In this document: positions 28,262-42,016 of the stretch, piece after piece
Position numbering within the stretch: the first letter of the stretch is position 1
How the letters are laid out: each line of letters starts with the position of its first letter
Source of the DNA: Eledone cirrhosa
Taxonomy: Eukaryota
Length of the DNA stretch: 64,000 nucleotides
Direction of reading: 5' to 3'
Assembly: GCA_964016885.1 (NCBI GenBank)
Contig: OZ024746.1
Coordinates: 9,114,001-9,178,000 of the forward strand
The notes under the pieces: model-generated
What the model was told of the DNA's origin: nothing
The model's input: only the letters and a program-made list of their open reading frames with translations
Database searches by the model: none
Translations under genes and position numbers: made by a program

Positions 28262-31019
28262 TATATTTATCTATCTATCTATATATATATATATAGAAAG
28301 AAACATTGCTCACAAAAAGATCATACACATATATAATAGATATTTTATATATAATACTAGCTATAAAGATTGGTATTTTTTAATATCAAGAAAGTGTTGA
28401 TATTTCTATGGAACACCATTTCAGACAGCTTCATGAATGCATTAATTTTCATTAGTGCTCAATGATTTCACTTCTGCGGTAGTATTGTACATTGAAATTC
28501 TCAGCGCCAAGAACGTCAATAGCATTAGATCCCCCAACTATCTGTACATCTCGCCTAGTGCATGTAGCTGTCTCTTATTTTCTATTTGTGTATGATATAG
28601 GATAGATAACAACACAATCAAGTTAATATTCGTCATCGAAGAATAGATCCAGTGAACAGTTATGGACACAAGCTACATGTCACACAACACATCAGATTGA
28701 TATAGAAATAAAAATAAATCTATTTGTTGAAATAACAAGATGACAACAAAACAGGCAGTGTGGAAATACTTTGAAAACAGATGAGCTTGAAGTAATGTGT
28801 ATACACGGCTTAAATAAGCAGCACTATAGCTGTAGTAGAACTGGAAGGAGGTTTTGGAATAATTGTGCAAACTATGGAAAGTAGCAGTACAAATACGATT
28901 GCTTTGTGCATTAATAACAGATGCTGACTGAAAGATAATATTACAATCGCTTGCTTAACAAATATTTAGAAAATATGCTGAAAAACATTATACCCCAACA
29001 ATATTAACTGGTGAATAAGTGGTGCAATGTCGGTTCTTCCTCCATGCGCAACGTTATGTCTCCAGATAATTTGTTTAATGCTATTCAATAGGATTTCACT
29101 GTTATACAATACGATCTCTCGCTGACATCGTATCATTAGTGGTATGTGCTTGAATAATGATTTCCCGCAGCATCGTAACTCAAAATATATTTCACTGAAA
29201 ACCTGTGGAGTACATTATACATAATGATCTATATAGCAGAATAGATATACTTTAGAACCCTTATATACACCCTCATTTCTATGAGGAAGTAAAATAATTA
29301 TATCAGAAAATGAAATATCAATGGTGCATATGCCTATTACTCTCACGTGAGGAAATCATGTCTACCTTATAATGCATGCCTCAATGTCAATTCAGTTTTC
29401 AACTGTACAATCAAACATTGTCTTATTGTTCTTTAACCTCCTTGCAGTTAGGCAGAAATCAAATGTCCTAATGCATAATATTCAAATTACTAACGACTAA
29501 ATGTATTAAGAAACCTGATAGTAATGCAGTATAAAATACTGACAACTTTTAGTTTAAATTGATTTAAGCACCAATTATCTTCTACGCAGGATTTGGTGAA
29601 TCAAAATATATTACAAAAATAACACCTTATTATTCTCAAGTGATTGTATAGCATTTATACTATTCTAGCACTTACTGAGATGTATCCAGCTCAGGGGGGT
29701 CGTTAGGGGAACACTTCGCATAGATACCTTTTAATTAAAAGGAAAATATTCTAATTTTTTTGCCACTTAAGGGTAAACTGTTCTGTTTCCTCAATATCTC
29801 TAGAATATATAGTGTAAGTAATGTCTGTACAATCTCCCGTTTATTTCTACTCTTAATATCAGACTTGACAAATAAGCTTCTGTGTGTAAAATAATTAACG
29901 TGAAAAGGTATTACGAAAATGATTTGGTTTCAAGTATGTTGTTTAGTGCAGAGAGACACAACGGTGATGATAGTATGTTCGAATGCTTTGATTAAGTGCT
30001 GGGATGGTGCCAGTGAGATGTTTAGCTACTTTAGCAGGTGCAGAATAAAAAGCAGATTACTTGAAATGATTTAGAAATAATGTTCATGTTTATAACTTAA
30101 TTCTTCATACTTTCCTGTATATTTATGTCCCAAGAAAATATTCATATTTTAGTATTTTTAAACAGATTTTAATTTTTAAATTAGTATTCGAAACATCAGC
30201 CTTTGGTACATGGTAAAATAGAATATATCCATGAAAAAGCTGTATCTTATATATTTCATATTGACAATGCTCAGAATATACAGAATCCGTAGAAAATCTG
30301 TTTCACCTAACGTATGCTAGAATATTTATCATGAGAAGTTAGTAGTAGATAAAATTATAATTCTTTGAAACGTGCGTTTACTGCAACTGTACGATTACAG
30401 AGGAACAGTAATATTATCACTGGTCCATCAAGTAACGGAGTTGATTGTCAGAGTTTCAGAGTATGCAGATGTAACTTTAATTATACATAAACGATTGATG
30501 TAATATTGGGAAAATGAATTCAAGATAATTTGGAAGAATTACACATGCACAAAGAGAGAGAGAGAGTGTGTCAGGTGTGTGTGGGGGGAGGGGGGGAATA
30601 CATACAGAGAGGAGAACACATACACATACAAACAACAACAAAAAACAATGTAAAAAACATGTTTGACTTGATGTCAAATATTGTAGATATATTATGAAAT
30701 TAATATGATAATTCTTCTTTTAACCCCAAAGACTTGGTGACCATAATATGATTTAAATAAGATTAAGCTCATGGATATTTTGGGATCCCTTTTGTTAGTC
30801 ACTTAATTATTGTATGAGAGTATTAGCTAAAACTGTGCTAAATACACGCAATGCAGTCTTTGAGAACAATAGTTCTTTGTTGACAATAGAAATGTTACTA
30901 TCTTACGCTTTATTTCACCACTTCCCTATCTCTCTCGCTCCGCCGGGGCTGTGGGTGGGCCTCATCGCGTACCAATACATTAGTTAAATACCATTCGCGC
31001 TATATAGAGGTGCGTATAC

Positions 31020-31075
<56 letters not shown>

Positions 31076-31107
31076 TGTGTGTGTGTGTGTACATATATTC
31101 ATGTATA

Positions 31108-31275
31108 TGTATGTCAGGTCGCTTTTGTGCGCTACTGTAACATGTAATCCATTACAAGCTGTAGTACGGTCGGGTCGTCGGCGACTAAACCGGCAACCCC
31201 ACCAAGATTGCTTGGTGAGGAGAGTGATTTGGACTCCCTGCGAGACGAAAAGCAAAACACAAAAAAGGGCGGAGA
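31108..31275 (+). mobile_element. 5' portion of the RTE-like element, diverged
   Basis: Reverse-complement similarity to 7245-7410 (atgtcaggtc...ggtcgggtcgtYggcgactaaac); preceded by tatg repeats. Confidence 0.65.
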
Positions 31276-31989
31276 AACTAAAAAAAGCACCACGGCAAAA
31301 ACCAGGTAGATGGTTAAAATAAGAAGAATGAGTTATGATGGAAGAGAAATCAGTTGAAAGGATATATACTAATATGATAGAAAGATGTTAGCAGATATGA
31401 ATGTTGATATTGTGGAGAATGGAAATCACTATAGAATGATGAAACTCTGTTTACGACACAAGGAAAGGAAAAGAAGAAAGCTGACGCAGAAATAGAACAT
31501 CAAGGAAAAAGTACTTCGTATTGTAATGAAAGAGATAAAAGAATAAGTGTTACGAAAAATTACAACGAAAAAACATAAATAGAATATTCACTGAAGATTT
31601 GGATGTTCCATACGAAGCTGATTGTGTCAATTTTTTTGGCTATTATTGCCTTTCGCTTTACTTTTCTTAACAATAAGACTACGTGACACACAAGTTGACT
31701 ATGATATTCTAAAGATTGGCTCTACTTAGATCTTGTTTACGGGCAGATTTTACCAAATTCGAGGGAAAAAAAGGAACCTGTGCACCTTATGATTAGAGTG
31801 TAGAATTGATATTGTAATTCTTGACAATAAAAATAGATAAATATTAAGTTATTTATTCGACTGATGTAATCATTAATTTAATCATTAATATATACCGTTG
31901 TGCGTGTATATTGTAATCTTGTATTGCGATATATGTACATATTCATCTATATGTATGTAGGTAGTTAGGTATGTAGATACCTAGCTAGG

Positions 31990-32033
<44 letters not shown>

Positions 32034-32035
<2 letters not shown>

Positions 32036-32167
32036 AAATCAGCGATTCTTTGCTTATACTTTAATCTGTTACTTTAATAAATATTTTCTCTAGCGTTCTT
32101 ATATATTTGATATATATTTATCCTTATCGAGCCCTCTTTGGATTTTAGTCTTCATATTTATTATTAT

Positions 32168-32171
<4 letters not shown>
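32034..32171 (+). mobile_element. Family H 3' end with tail
   Basis: Matches 44404-44531; ends attattac-(TA)n. Confidence 0.75.
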
Positions 32172-32250
<79 letters not shown>

Positions 32251-33123
32251 GAGGTATCCACTGTAAGTTGTGGTGTCTATTGTGTATGAAAAACTCAATG
32301 TAATCCATATGTTGAAAATGTTGTAGGTTAAGATAAATCTCAGAAAACAATAAAACATTAAAAGGAAAACATTCATGATTAAAACATACATGAAATTTAT
32401 GTGTTTTAACTATGCCAACATGTACTTATCTGAGTTTGATTATTTATGCATAAACATACTTAGTAATATTTTAGAGCGTATACTATGTTATATTATACTG
32501 AGTGCAATTTACCACACCGTACTATATTCTGTTGGTTAAGTTGTATATTATCGCATTACTATATCACGTTAAGTTGTATATTATCGCATTACTATATCAC
32601 ATTATCTTATTATTATTTTCATTTTATTATAATTTATATTCACCTTAAAACTCAATACAACACTAATCACCATTTATTTTGACATTCCTTTTAAATTCAC
32701 TATACAAGATACATTCAACTATCAGTTTGACAATCCCCTTTCTTCCTAATAGATGTTTATGCCATTTCTACTAACACCTTTCAACCATTCCTTTCAAAGG
32801 GTCATGACCTCAACTAAAGTGTATTACTTTTCATCTTAACACCATATGAAAAAAAACAATTTGATTCGTTAGTTCTTCAACTACCTCCAAATATGGACAT
32901 GATACTAATTCTGAGTAAAATTATTATTGAATAAAATTATTATTGCCTTTGAAAACAGCTGGTGATATGCATGTAAGTAAATATTCTCTCTATCTGATAG
33001 TTTGTAAACTTACATAGATCAATAACTGAGTATAGATACAATGTATTATCACCATCTAGAAACGATCGTAAAGCAGTGAAGTATATCTCTAATGACTTGA
33101 TTTTTTATTTCTTTGTTTTAACT

Positions 33124-33163
<40 letters not shown>

Positions 33164-33361
33164 TGGATTCTTACTCTTACTCTGTATCTATTTCTAACAT
33201 ATTCTCTGTCACATTGTATCCTTCCCTGGGAGAAATCTGCTGTATCCTGACCCGGACTGGAGATGGGCTCCACCAGGTTTTAAAAATACCCTTGAAACGC
33301 CGTATGCCAATACGGTGCCCCTATAACTACCTTGGAAGTTACGGCATAGATATATATATAT

Positions 33362-33490
33362 AAGAAAATGTTCAGGCATTAGCTCTGCTGTGTGGGTCCT
33401 GAACATGTATATATTACCCACTCTACTACCGAAAGTATCGAGTAATCTGGTGCGTTATGGCCAACCTGGTTCCTTACTACACTTCCTTCG

Positions 33491-33492
<2 letters not shown>
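33362..33492. mobile_element. Family A, short diverged copy
   Basis: Tail ...ggttccttactacacttccttcgtt-(AT)n with a short inverted 5' piece (atgttcagg / cctgaacat). Confidence 0.7.
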
Positions 33493-33544
<52 letters not shown>

Positions 33545-33549
33545 GCCGC

Positions 33550-33606
<57 letters not shown>

Positions 33607-33961
33607 GTGTGTGTTAGTCTATATATGAATATCGGTTTATAAATCTGGGCGCATGCACGTGTTTCAGTTAAATAGTTTAAATAAAACTCATTTCCGCATT
33701 CTGACTGATTTCCAAATCTCTGAGCATTCCCAGCTGTTCATGCCGTCTCGTCCTAGATTTATATGATGGAAACTTGTATATATCTGTCGGTAATACCTTT
33801 AGGTAACAAAGACTATATTATCGAATGTCTCCTTTCTTTTATTAGGAGGAAAGAATGCAATTGACCAGAGATTTATATACTACATTACACGCAGATCGAG
33901 CCAACATGCTTCTTTAATGGGAAGTATGGAATGTCGAAGAAGAATATATACGAAAAAGGAT

Positions 33962-34172
33962 CGATTCGACTTTTGTCAAATCGGACCGAGGAAACAATGT
34001 TTCCGTTGGTATTTCCAGTTGCTAGTACTATCTATCGGTCGAAACTCCAGGTAGAAGAAGCAACATGAAATAAATGTCTTGCTCAAGGACATAACGCATC
34101 GCTCGGTGCAGGAATCGAACTCACAACCTCAATATTGAATCCAATTCTCTAACCCACTCAGCAACACGCCTT
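33962..34172 (-). mobile_element. SINE family 2, tRNA-derived
   Basis: Reverse complement of 61512-61722. Confidence 0.85.
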
Positions 34173-34289
34173 CATAGACGAATATCATGAAAAGGTTTAG
34201 TAAATATCAGCAGTTTTATAATGTAACCTATTTTTAATGGATCAACAATCTGCCGGCGTAATAAGAAATAGTTGGCAACATCCAACAAG

Positions 34290-34472
34290 AGACACAAGTA
34301 ACAGATACTTCAAGGTGTTGTGAGAGCAAAAGGTAAGCATATCGGATAAGAGTTTATAGTGTTAATAACCATTTTATTAATTACTTTGTGTCACAATTGT
34401 AGCTAGATACAATAAATATTTAAGGAGTTATAAGCATTTAAATGTTGCAACATTATGTATGTCGCAGCCTGT
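34290..34472 (+). mobile_element. Possible Tc1/mariner 3' remnant
   Basis: LQGVVRAKGKHIG resembles the transposase C-terminal motif (RLxxVxxxxGxHIE); the region ends ...cagcctg-TA. Confidence 0.4.
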
Positions 34473-35012
34473 ATATAGTATATAGTCACATTTTCAAGGA
34501 ATTATAGAACAATAGCTTCTTTGAAGCTCAATATGTGGCTGTTATATTAGCGCAAATCTTGCAAGATAATAACATTTAGGTTTGTATAGCGTAAATGATT
34601 TTGGAGCTTATTATTTGTATCACTGAAGCAGAGTTGCGCAAACTTGGGAATAACAATCCGATTACATGGTAAACATTTCCTTAGATCTTAAATGTGAGAC
34701 TAAATCCTGGCACTCTAATCTCTTTGAAACCCAGAGAAGCTAAAACCAACACATTCTTATATATGTGTATATTGTCACAAAATGTTGTTTTTTTTAACAA
34801 TATCTACGTATTTATTTATATATGGTGCTAGTTAAAGCAGTAGAGCAAATTTACTATTTACCATTCTCTGATAGCTGCATGAGTATTGCTTAATAGTCCA
34901 TCAATAAACTTTGCAATTTGGACAAAGGCAAAATGATTCCATGCATCATGTTAGTTGGGGGCTGGAAGTAATCAACAGAAGCCTTCTTTACTACCTCCTT
35001 AATAAATCATCC

Positions 35013-35069
35013 CTTCTTCTTCTTCTTCTTCTTCTTCTTCTTCTTCTTCTTCTTCTTCTTCTTCTTCTT

Positions 35070-35108
<39 letters not shown>
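35013..35108. repeat. (CTT)n(CTA)n compound microsatellite
   Basis: Directly visible; source of the poly-Leu ORF. Confidence 0.95.
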
Positions 35109-36398
35109 TGGATAGCTGGAGTCTCAGTTGAAAGTGGAATCTCCACTGTTTGAGAGAGCTAGCTTAGACTTCTACAGATTTTCTCTGGAGTCTCAGCTGC
35201 CAATTGTTCTGTGCGAGAGAAACTAGCCAGCCTGCCCTTCTGATGAGAATCAGATTAATTTTCTCTTCGTTGGAACCAGCAAGCTGACACTTTTTTCAGT
35301 CTGCTCGATCTGTTAATCTCTGCTTCAATTTCGCTTCCGTCTCTTTTCTGCCAACCCGCCCACATTCAGCTGCATATTTTCCAATGTTATAGCTGAACAT
35401 ATACAATTACTATACAATCTATTTGAACAATTGATGCAAATGTAAAATATTAATGCAACAAACATTATCATGTAAATATAAAAAGGTAGGCTAGACAATG
35501 CCATCCTCTATTTTGATTTATTATTAAATTCTGACCTCATCAAAAATACAAATACCTATATAAAAGCACTTTCTATTGTATCTCATCGGAGTGATCAGAA
35601 GGAATAGTATGCTCACAACTTTGTTTATTCTGTCACAGAGCATATAAACAATGTAAAATGCATATAAATAAGGTTGATTTATTTGAAATCATTTTGATAT
35701 TTGAAATATATAAACTATATATAAACTATATATAAACTACAATAATAGTTGACCACTATAAATAATAGTTGAGCAAATTGACTAAACTGCATCTGTCAAA
35801 TTTTTCCGTCTCCACTCGTACTTTTTTCCGATGTTCACATCGTTTTTTTTTATAGAGATTCACTATTGTTATAGACATTCACCTAGGGAGTTCTACATTA
35901 CACATTTCAAATCGTCCCATATTTCTTACGTCAACCGAATGTCCATAATTATTGTGTAATTCTAAAACTGTTAATGGCGTTAAAATGGCCAAAGACTGAT
36001 ATGTATAAAAGACATACATATCAGTGATGCGCATAAATAAATTTCCATTTCTTCCCCTATATTTTCTACTGACTCTACATCCCCTTTGAAATAGAAATGC
36101 CTGAAGTATGAAAACGGATTCCCTAGAGGTATTGTCACAATTCTGGAACTAACGAAACCTTATCTAGGTTTTACTATCTTAGTTATTGTCATTACTATGT
36201 TGTCGCAGGAATATCTGCGTGGTTAAAAGGTTCACATTGCAATCTTGTTTGTGGTTTCGGGTTCAAAATTACTGCGCTTGCACTTTTCTGCTCAAATGTC
36301 TTTTATCATACATTTGGGTGCTGAATGAAATTTTGTTACTAGAAACTACGTTAAAACCCACACGATAGTAAGATCATGTTCATGGACGTTACAATTAA

Positions 36399-36492
36399 TC
36401 TGTCACCAGATTTAACACCACCACCTGATGTCTGTCACCCGATTTAACCCACCAACAGATGTCTGTCACCCGATTTAACCCACCACCTGATG
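36399..36492. repeat. 31-bp tandem repeat x3
   Basis: tctgtcacccgatttaacccaccacctgatg repeated three times with minor variation. Confidence 0.9.
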
Positions 36493-36587
36493 TTTGGCTA
36501 CCTTTGAATGTATTTTCATAGAATGTAAACTGATTGGTAAGGAAATGCGTGTACTTCTGTTTGGTATTATTAAGTTTTGTTCGGCCA

Positions 36588-37068
36588 TTGGATTGGCAGT
36601 ATCGGTAGAGGGTCGGACGCCATGCTTTCCAGCATAGTTACGTCCCTTTACGATCTGAGTTCAAATCCCGCCGAGAGTGACTTTGCCTTTCATCCATACG
36701 GGGTCGATAAAATAAAGTACCAGTAATGCACTGGATAATTGCTGGCCTTGTGCCTAAAGTAGAAACAATTATTAAGTTTTGTTCATCCTTACGGGGTCGA
36801 TAAAATAAAGTACCAGTAATACACTGGCATAATTGCTGGCCTTGTGTCAACAAGTAGAAACCATTATTAAGTTTTGTTAAGGGCGGTGAATTGGCAGTAT
36901 TGGTAGAGGGTCAGACATGCTTTCCAGCGTAGTTACGTCCCTTTACGATCTGAGTTCAAATCCCGCGCAGGTTAACTTTGCCTTTCATCCTTACGGGATC
37001 GATAAAATAAAGTACCAGTAATGTACTGGGTAAGTGCTGGCCTTGTGCCAAAAGTAGAAACAATTATT
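36588..37068 (+). mobile_element. Tandem trimer of SINE family 1 (full, truncated, full)
   Basis: Copies at about 36588-36772, 36784-36866 and 36879-37068, each bounded by attattaagtttYgtt. Confidence 0.9.
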
Positions 37069-37277
37069 AAGTTTCGTTAAACACCCTGAACTTATATAAA
37101 ACCATTTAATCCAAAAATGTTAATAAAACATTCAAAGGTAATGAAATATTAAATGGCTACCATTCCAGTACACTTCTTCTCGTTTCTAATGGACTTTGAA
37201 ATGATAAATAAAAACATTTAATGAGAATAATTAAGTAAAAATATTCAGTACATTATGATATGGAAAGGTGTGTATGT

Positions 37278-37323
<46 letters not shown>

Positions 37324-37430
37324 ATGTCTCTGGTGTAAGAAAATATTTCTAGTGAGTTTGTTATTTTGACATATTAATACAATTCAATTCCTTTTAATTT
37401 CCATAATTCTCAAACTGATTAATTCCTCGG

Positions 37431-40400
37431 AGTGTAGTGGGTGTAGTGAGTGTGAGTGTAGTGAGTGTAGTGGTGTAGTGAGTGTAGTGAGTGTAGTGGG
37501 TGTAGTGGGTGTAGTGAGTGTAGTGGGTGTAGTGGGTGTAGTGAGTGTAGTGGGTGTAGTGGGTGTAGTGGGTGTAGTGGGTGTAGTGGGTGTAGTGACT
37601 GTAGTGAGTGTAGTGGGTGTAGTGAGTGTAGTGAGTGTAGTGAGTGTAGTAAGTGTAGTGGGTGTAGTGAGTGTAGTGGGTGTAGTGAGTGTAGTGAGTG
37701 TAGTAAGTGTAGTGGGTGTAGTGAGTGTAGTGGCGTAGTGAGTGTAGTGAGTGTAGTGGGTGTAGTGAGTGTAGTGAGTGTAGTGGGTGTAGTGAGTGTA
37801 GTGGGTGTAGTGAGTGTAGTGAGTGTAGTGGGTGTAGTGAGTGTAGTGGGTGTAGTGGGTGTAGTGAGTGTAGTGGGTGTAGTGGGTGTAGTGAGTGTAG
37901 TGAGTGTAGTGGGTGAAGTGAGTGTAGTGAGTGTAGTGGGTGTAGTGAGTGTAGTGGGTGTAGTGGGTGTAGTGAGTGTAGTGAGTGTAGTGGGTGTAGT
38001 GAGTGTAGTGTGTGTAGTGAGTGTAGTGGGTGTAGTGGGTGTAGTGAGTGTAGTGGGTGTAGTGGGTGTAGTGGGTGTAGTGGGTGTAGTGAGTGTAGTG
38101 AATGTAGTGAGTGTAGTGAGTGTAGTGAGTGTAGTGAGTGTAGTGGGTGTAGTGAGTGTAGTGGGTGTAGTGAGTGTAGTGGGTGTAGTGACTGTAGTGA
38201 GTGTAGTGGGTGTAGTGAGTGTAGTGGGTGTAGTGAGTGTAGTGGGTGTAGTGGGTGTAGTGACTGTAGTGAGTGTAGTGGGTGTAGTGAGTGTAGTGGG
38301 TGTAGTAAATGTAGTGAGTGTAGTGGGTGTAGTGGGTGTAGTGAGTGTAGTGAGTGTAGTGGGTGTAGTGGGTGTAGTGAGTGTAGTGGGTGTTGTGACT
38401 GTAGTGAGTGTAGTGGGTGTAGTAAGTGTAATGAGTGTAGTGGGTGTAGTGTGTGTGGTGAGTGTAGTGAGTGTAGTGAGTGTAGTGGGTGTAGTGACTG
38501 TTGTGAGTGTAGTGGGTGTAGTAAGTGTAATGAGTGTAGTGGGTGTAGTGTGTGTAGTGAGTGTAGTGAGTGTAGTGAGTGTAGTAAGTGTAGTGGGTGT
38601 AGTGGGTGTAGTGAGTGTAGTAAGTGTAGTGGGTGTAGTGGGTGTAGTGGGTGTAGTGGGTGTAGTGACTGTAGTGAGTGTAGTGAGTGTAGTGGGTGTA
38701 GTGGGTGTAGTGAGTGTAGTGAGTGTAGTGGGTGTAGTGGGTGTAGTGGGTGTAGTGGGTGTAGTGAGTGTAGTGGGTGTAGTGAGTGCAGTGGGTGTAG
38801 TGGGTGTAGTGAGTGTAGTGAGTGTAGTAAGTGTAGTGGGTGTAGTGAGTGTAGTGGTGTAGTGAGTGTAGTGAGTGTAGTGGGTGTAGTGAGTGTAGTG
38901 AGTGTAGTGAGTGTAGTAAGTGTAGTGGGTGTAGTGAGTGTAGTGGGTGTAGTGGGTGTAGTGAGTGTAGTGAGTGTAGTAAGTGTAGTGGGTGTAGTGA
39001 GTGTAGTGGTGTAGTGAGTGTAGTGAGTATAGTGGGTGTAGTGAGTGTAGTGAGTGTAGTGGGTGTAGTGAGTGTAGTGGGTGTAGTGAGTGTAGTGAGT
39101 GTAGTGGGTGTAGTGAGTGTAGTGGGTGTAGTGGGTGTAGTGAGTGTAGTGGGTGTAGTGGGTGTAGTGAGTGTAGTAAGTGTAGTGGGTGTAGTGAGTG
39201 TAGTGGGTGTAGTGGGTGTAGTGAGTGTAGTGAGTGTAGTAAGTGTAGTGGGTGTAGTGAGTGTAGTGGGTGTAGTGAGTGTAGTGAGTGTAGTAAGTGT
39301 AGTGGGTGTAGTGAGTGTAGTGGCGTAGTGAGTGTAGTGAGTGTAGTGGGTGTAGTGAGTGTAGTGAGTGTAGTGGGTGTAGTGAGTGTAGTGGGTGTAG
39401 TGATTGTAGTGAGTGTAGTGGGTGTAGTGAGTGTAGTGGGTGTAGTGGGTGTAGTGAGTGTAGTGGGTGTAGTGAGTGTAGTGGGTGTAGTGGGTGTAGT
39501 GAGTGTAGTGAGTGTAGTGGGTGAAGTGAGTGTAGTGAGTGTAGTGGGTGTAGTGAGTGTAGTGGGTGTAGTGGGTGTAGTGAGTGTAGTGAGTGTAGTG
39601 GGTGTAGTGAGTGTAGTGGGTGTAGTGGGTGTAGTGACTGTAGTGAGTGTAGTGGGTGTAGTGAGTGTAGTGAGTGTAGTGAGTGTAGTGGGTGTAGTGA
39701 GTGTAGTGAGTGTAGTGAGTGCAGTGAGTGTAGTGAGTGTAGTGAGTGTAGTGAGTGTAGTGAGTGTAGTGTGTGTAGTGAGTGTAGTGAGTGTAGTGTG
39801 TGTAGTGTGTGTAGTGTGTGTAGTGAGTGTAGTGTGTGTAGTGGGTGTGGTGGGTGTAGTGGGTGTAGTGTGTGTAGTGAGTGTAGTGAGTGTAGTGAGT
39901 GTAGTGAGTGTAGTGAGTGTAGTGGGTGAAGTGAGTGTAGTGAGTGTAGTGAGTGTAGTGGGTGTAGTGAGTGTAGTGAGTGTAGTGGGTGTAGTGAGTG
40001 TAGTGGGTGTAGTGAGTGTAGTGGGTGTAGTGAGTGTAGTGAGTGTAATGGGTGTAGTGAGTGTAGTGAGTGTAGTGAGTGTAGTGGGTGTAGTGAGTGT
40101 AGTGAGTGTAGTGAGTGTAGTGGGTGTAGTGAGTGTAGTGGGTGTAGTGAGTGTAGTGAGTGTAGTGGGTGTAGTGAGTGTAGTGAGTGTAGTGAGTGTA
40201 GTGGGTGTAGTGAGTGGAGTGGGTGTAGTGGGTGTAGTGAGTGTAGTCGGTGTAGTGAGTGTAGTGAGTGTAGTGAGTGTAGTGGGTGTAGTGAGTGGAG
40301 TGGGTGTAGTTGGTGTAGTGAGTGTAGTCGGTGTAGTGAGTGTAGTGAGTGTAGTGGGTGTAGTGAGTGTAGTGAGTGTAGTGAGTGTAGTGAGTTTAGT

Positions 40401-41810
40401 GGGTGTAGTGAGTGTAGTGGGTGTAGTGGGTGTAGTGAGTGTAGTGGGTGTAGTGAGTGGAGTGGGTGTAGTGGGTGTAGTGTGTGTAGTGAGTGTAGTG
40501 AGTGTAGTGAGTGTAGTGGGTGTAGTGAGTGGAGAGGGTGTAGTGGGTGTAGTGAGTGTAGTGGGTGTAGTGGGTGTAGTGAGTGTAGTGAGTGTAGTGA
40601 GTGTAGTGAGTGTAGTGGGTGTAGTGAGTGGAGTGGGTGTAGTGGGTGTAGTGAGTGTAGTGAGTGTAGTGTGTGTAGTGGGTGTAGTGAGTGGAGTGGG
40701 TGTAGTGGGTGTAGTGAGTGTAGTGAGTGTAGTGGGTGTAGTGAGTGTAGTGAGTGTAGTGAGTGTAGTGAGTGGAGTGGGTGTAGTGGGTGTAGTGAGT
40801 GTAGTCGGTGTAGTGAGTGTAGTGAGTGTAGTGAGTGTAGTGGGTGTAGTGTGTAGTGAGTGTAGTGAGTTTAGTGGGTGTAGTGAGTGTAGTGGGTGTA
40901 GTGGGTGTAGTTAGTGTAGTGGGTGTAGTGAGTGTAGTGGGTGTAGTGAGTGTAGTGGGTGTAGTGGGTGTAGTGTGTGTAGTGAGTGTAGTGAGTGTAG
41001 TGAGTGTAGTGGGTGTAGTGAGTGGAGTGGGTGTAGTGGGTGGAGTGGGTGTAGTGGGTGTAGTGAGTGTAGTGAGTGTAGTGGGTGTAGTGAGTGTAGT
41101 GAGTGTAGTGAGTGTAGTGGGTGTAGTGGGTGTAGTGAGTGTAGTGAGTGTAGTGGGTGTAGTGAGTGTAGTGAGTGTAGTGAGTGTAGTGGGTGTAGTG
41201 AGTGTAGTGAGTGTAGTGGGTGTAGTGAGTGTAGTGAGTGTAGTGAGTGTAGTGGGTGTAGTGAGTGTAGTGAGTGTAGTGGGTGTAGTGAGTGTAGTGA
41301 GTGTAGTGAGTGTAGTGGGTGTAGTGGGTGTAGTGAGTGTAGTGAGTGTAGTGGGTGTAGTGAGTGTAGTGAGTGTAGTGGGTGTAGTGAGTGTAGTGAG
41401 TGTAGTGAGTGTAGTGGGTGTAGTGGGTGTAGTGAGTGTAGTTAGTGTAGTGGGTGTAGTGAGTGTAGTGAGTGTAGTGGGTGTAGTGAGTGTAGTGAGT
41501 GTAGTGAGTGTAGTGGGTGTAGTGGGTGTAGTGAGTGTAGTGAGTGTAGTGGGTGTAGTGAGTGTAGTGAGTGTAGTGAGTGTAGTGGGTGTAGTGAGTG
41601 TAGTGAGTGTAGTGGGTGTAGTGAGTGTAGTGAGTGTAGTGAGTGTAGTGGGTGTAGTGAGTGTAGTGAGTGTAGTGGGTGTAGTGAGTGTAGTGAGTGT
41701 AGTGGGTGTAGTGAGTGTAGTGAGTGTATTGAGTGTAGTGGGTGTAGTGGGTGTGAGTGTAGTGAGTGTAGTGAGTGTAGTGGGTGTAGTGAGTGTGAGT
41801 GTAGTGAGTA
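37431..41810. repeat. 9-bp minisatellite (GTGTAGTGR)n, about 4.4 kb
   Basis: Two dominant units, gtgtagtga and gtgtagtgg, with rare variants; explains the VVS/VVG and CSE/CSG ORFs. Confidence 0.98.
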
Positions 41811-41930
41811 TGTCGGTGAGTGGGTGGATGAGAATGACGTTAATCTCTACCTTCCAATGTCTGGAGAAGTTTCATTAAAGCAGCAGTGTAGCCTGCCTGC
41901 CCTCCCTGCCTTCATTTCATAGTTATTGTC

Positions 41931-42016
<86 letters not shown>

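Noticed and set aside
28740-28800. KQAVWKYF, resembling a BED zinc finger of hAT transposases
   Set aside because: Immediately followed by stops, with no CxxC or downstream transposase motifs.
33255-33310. Hammerhead-like ctggaga...ccctt-GAAA-cgccg-TA
   Set aside because: Core mutated and stem I does not pair; may be a decayed copy.
37478-41878. Long Val/Ser/Gly and Cys-Ser-Glu/Gly ORFs resembling metallothionein or structural proteins
   Set aside because: Translation of a 9-bp minisatellite; frame-breaking 8-bp units, GTG starts and no unique coding flanks.
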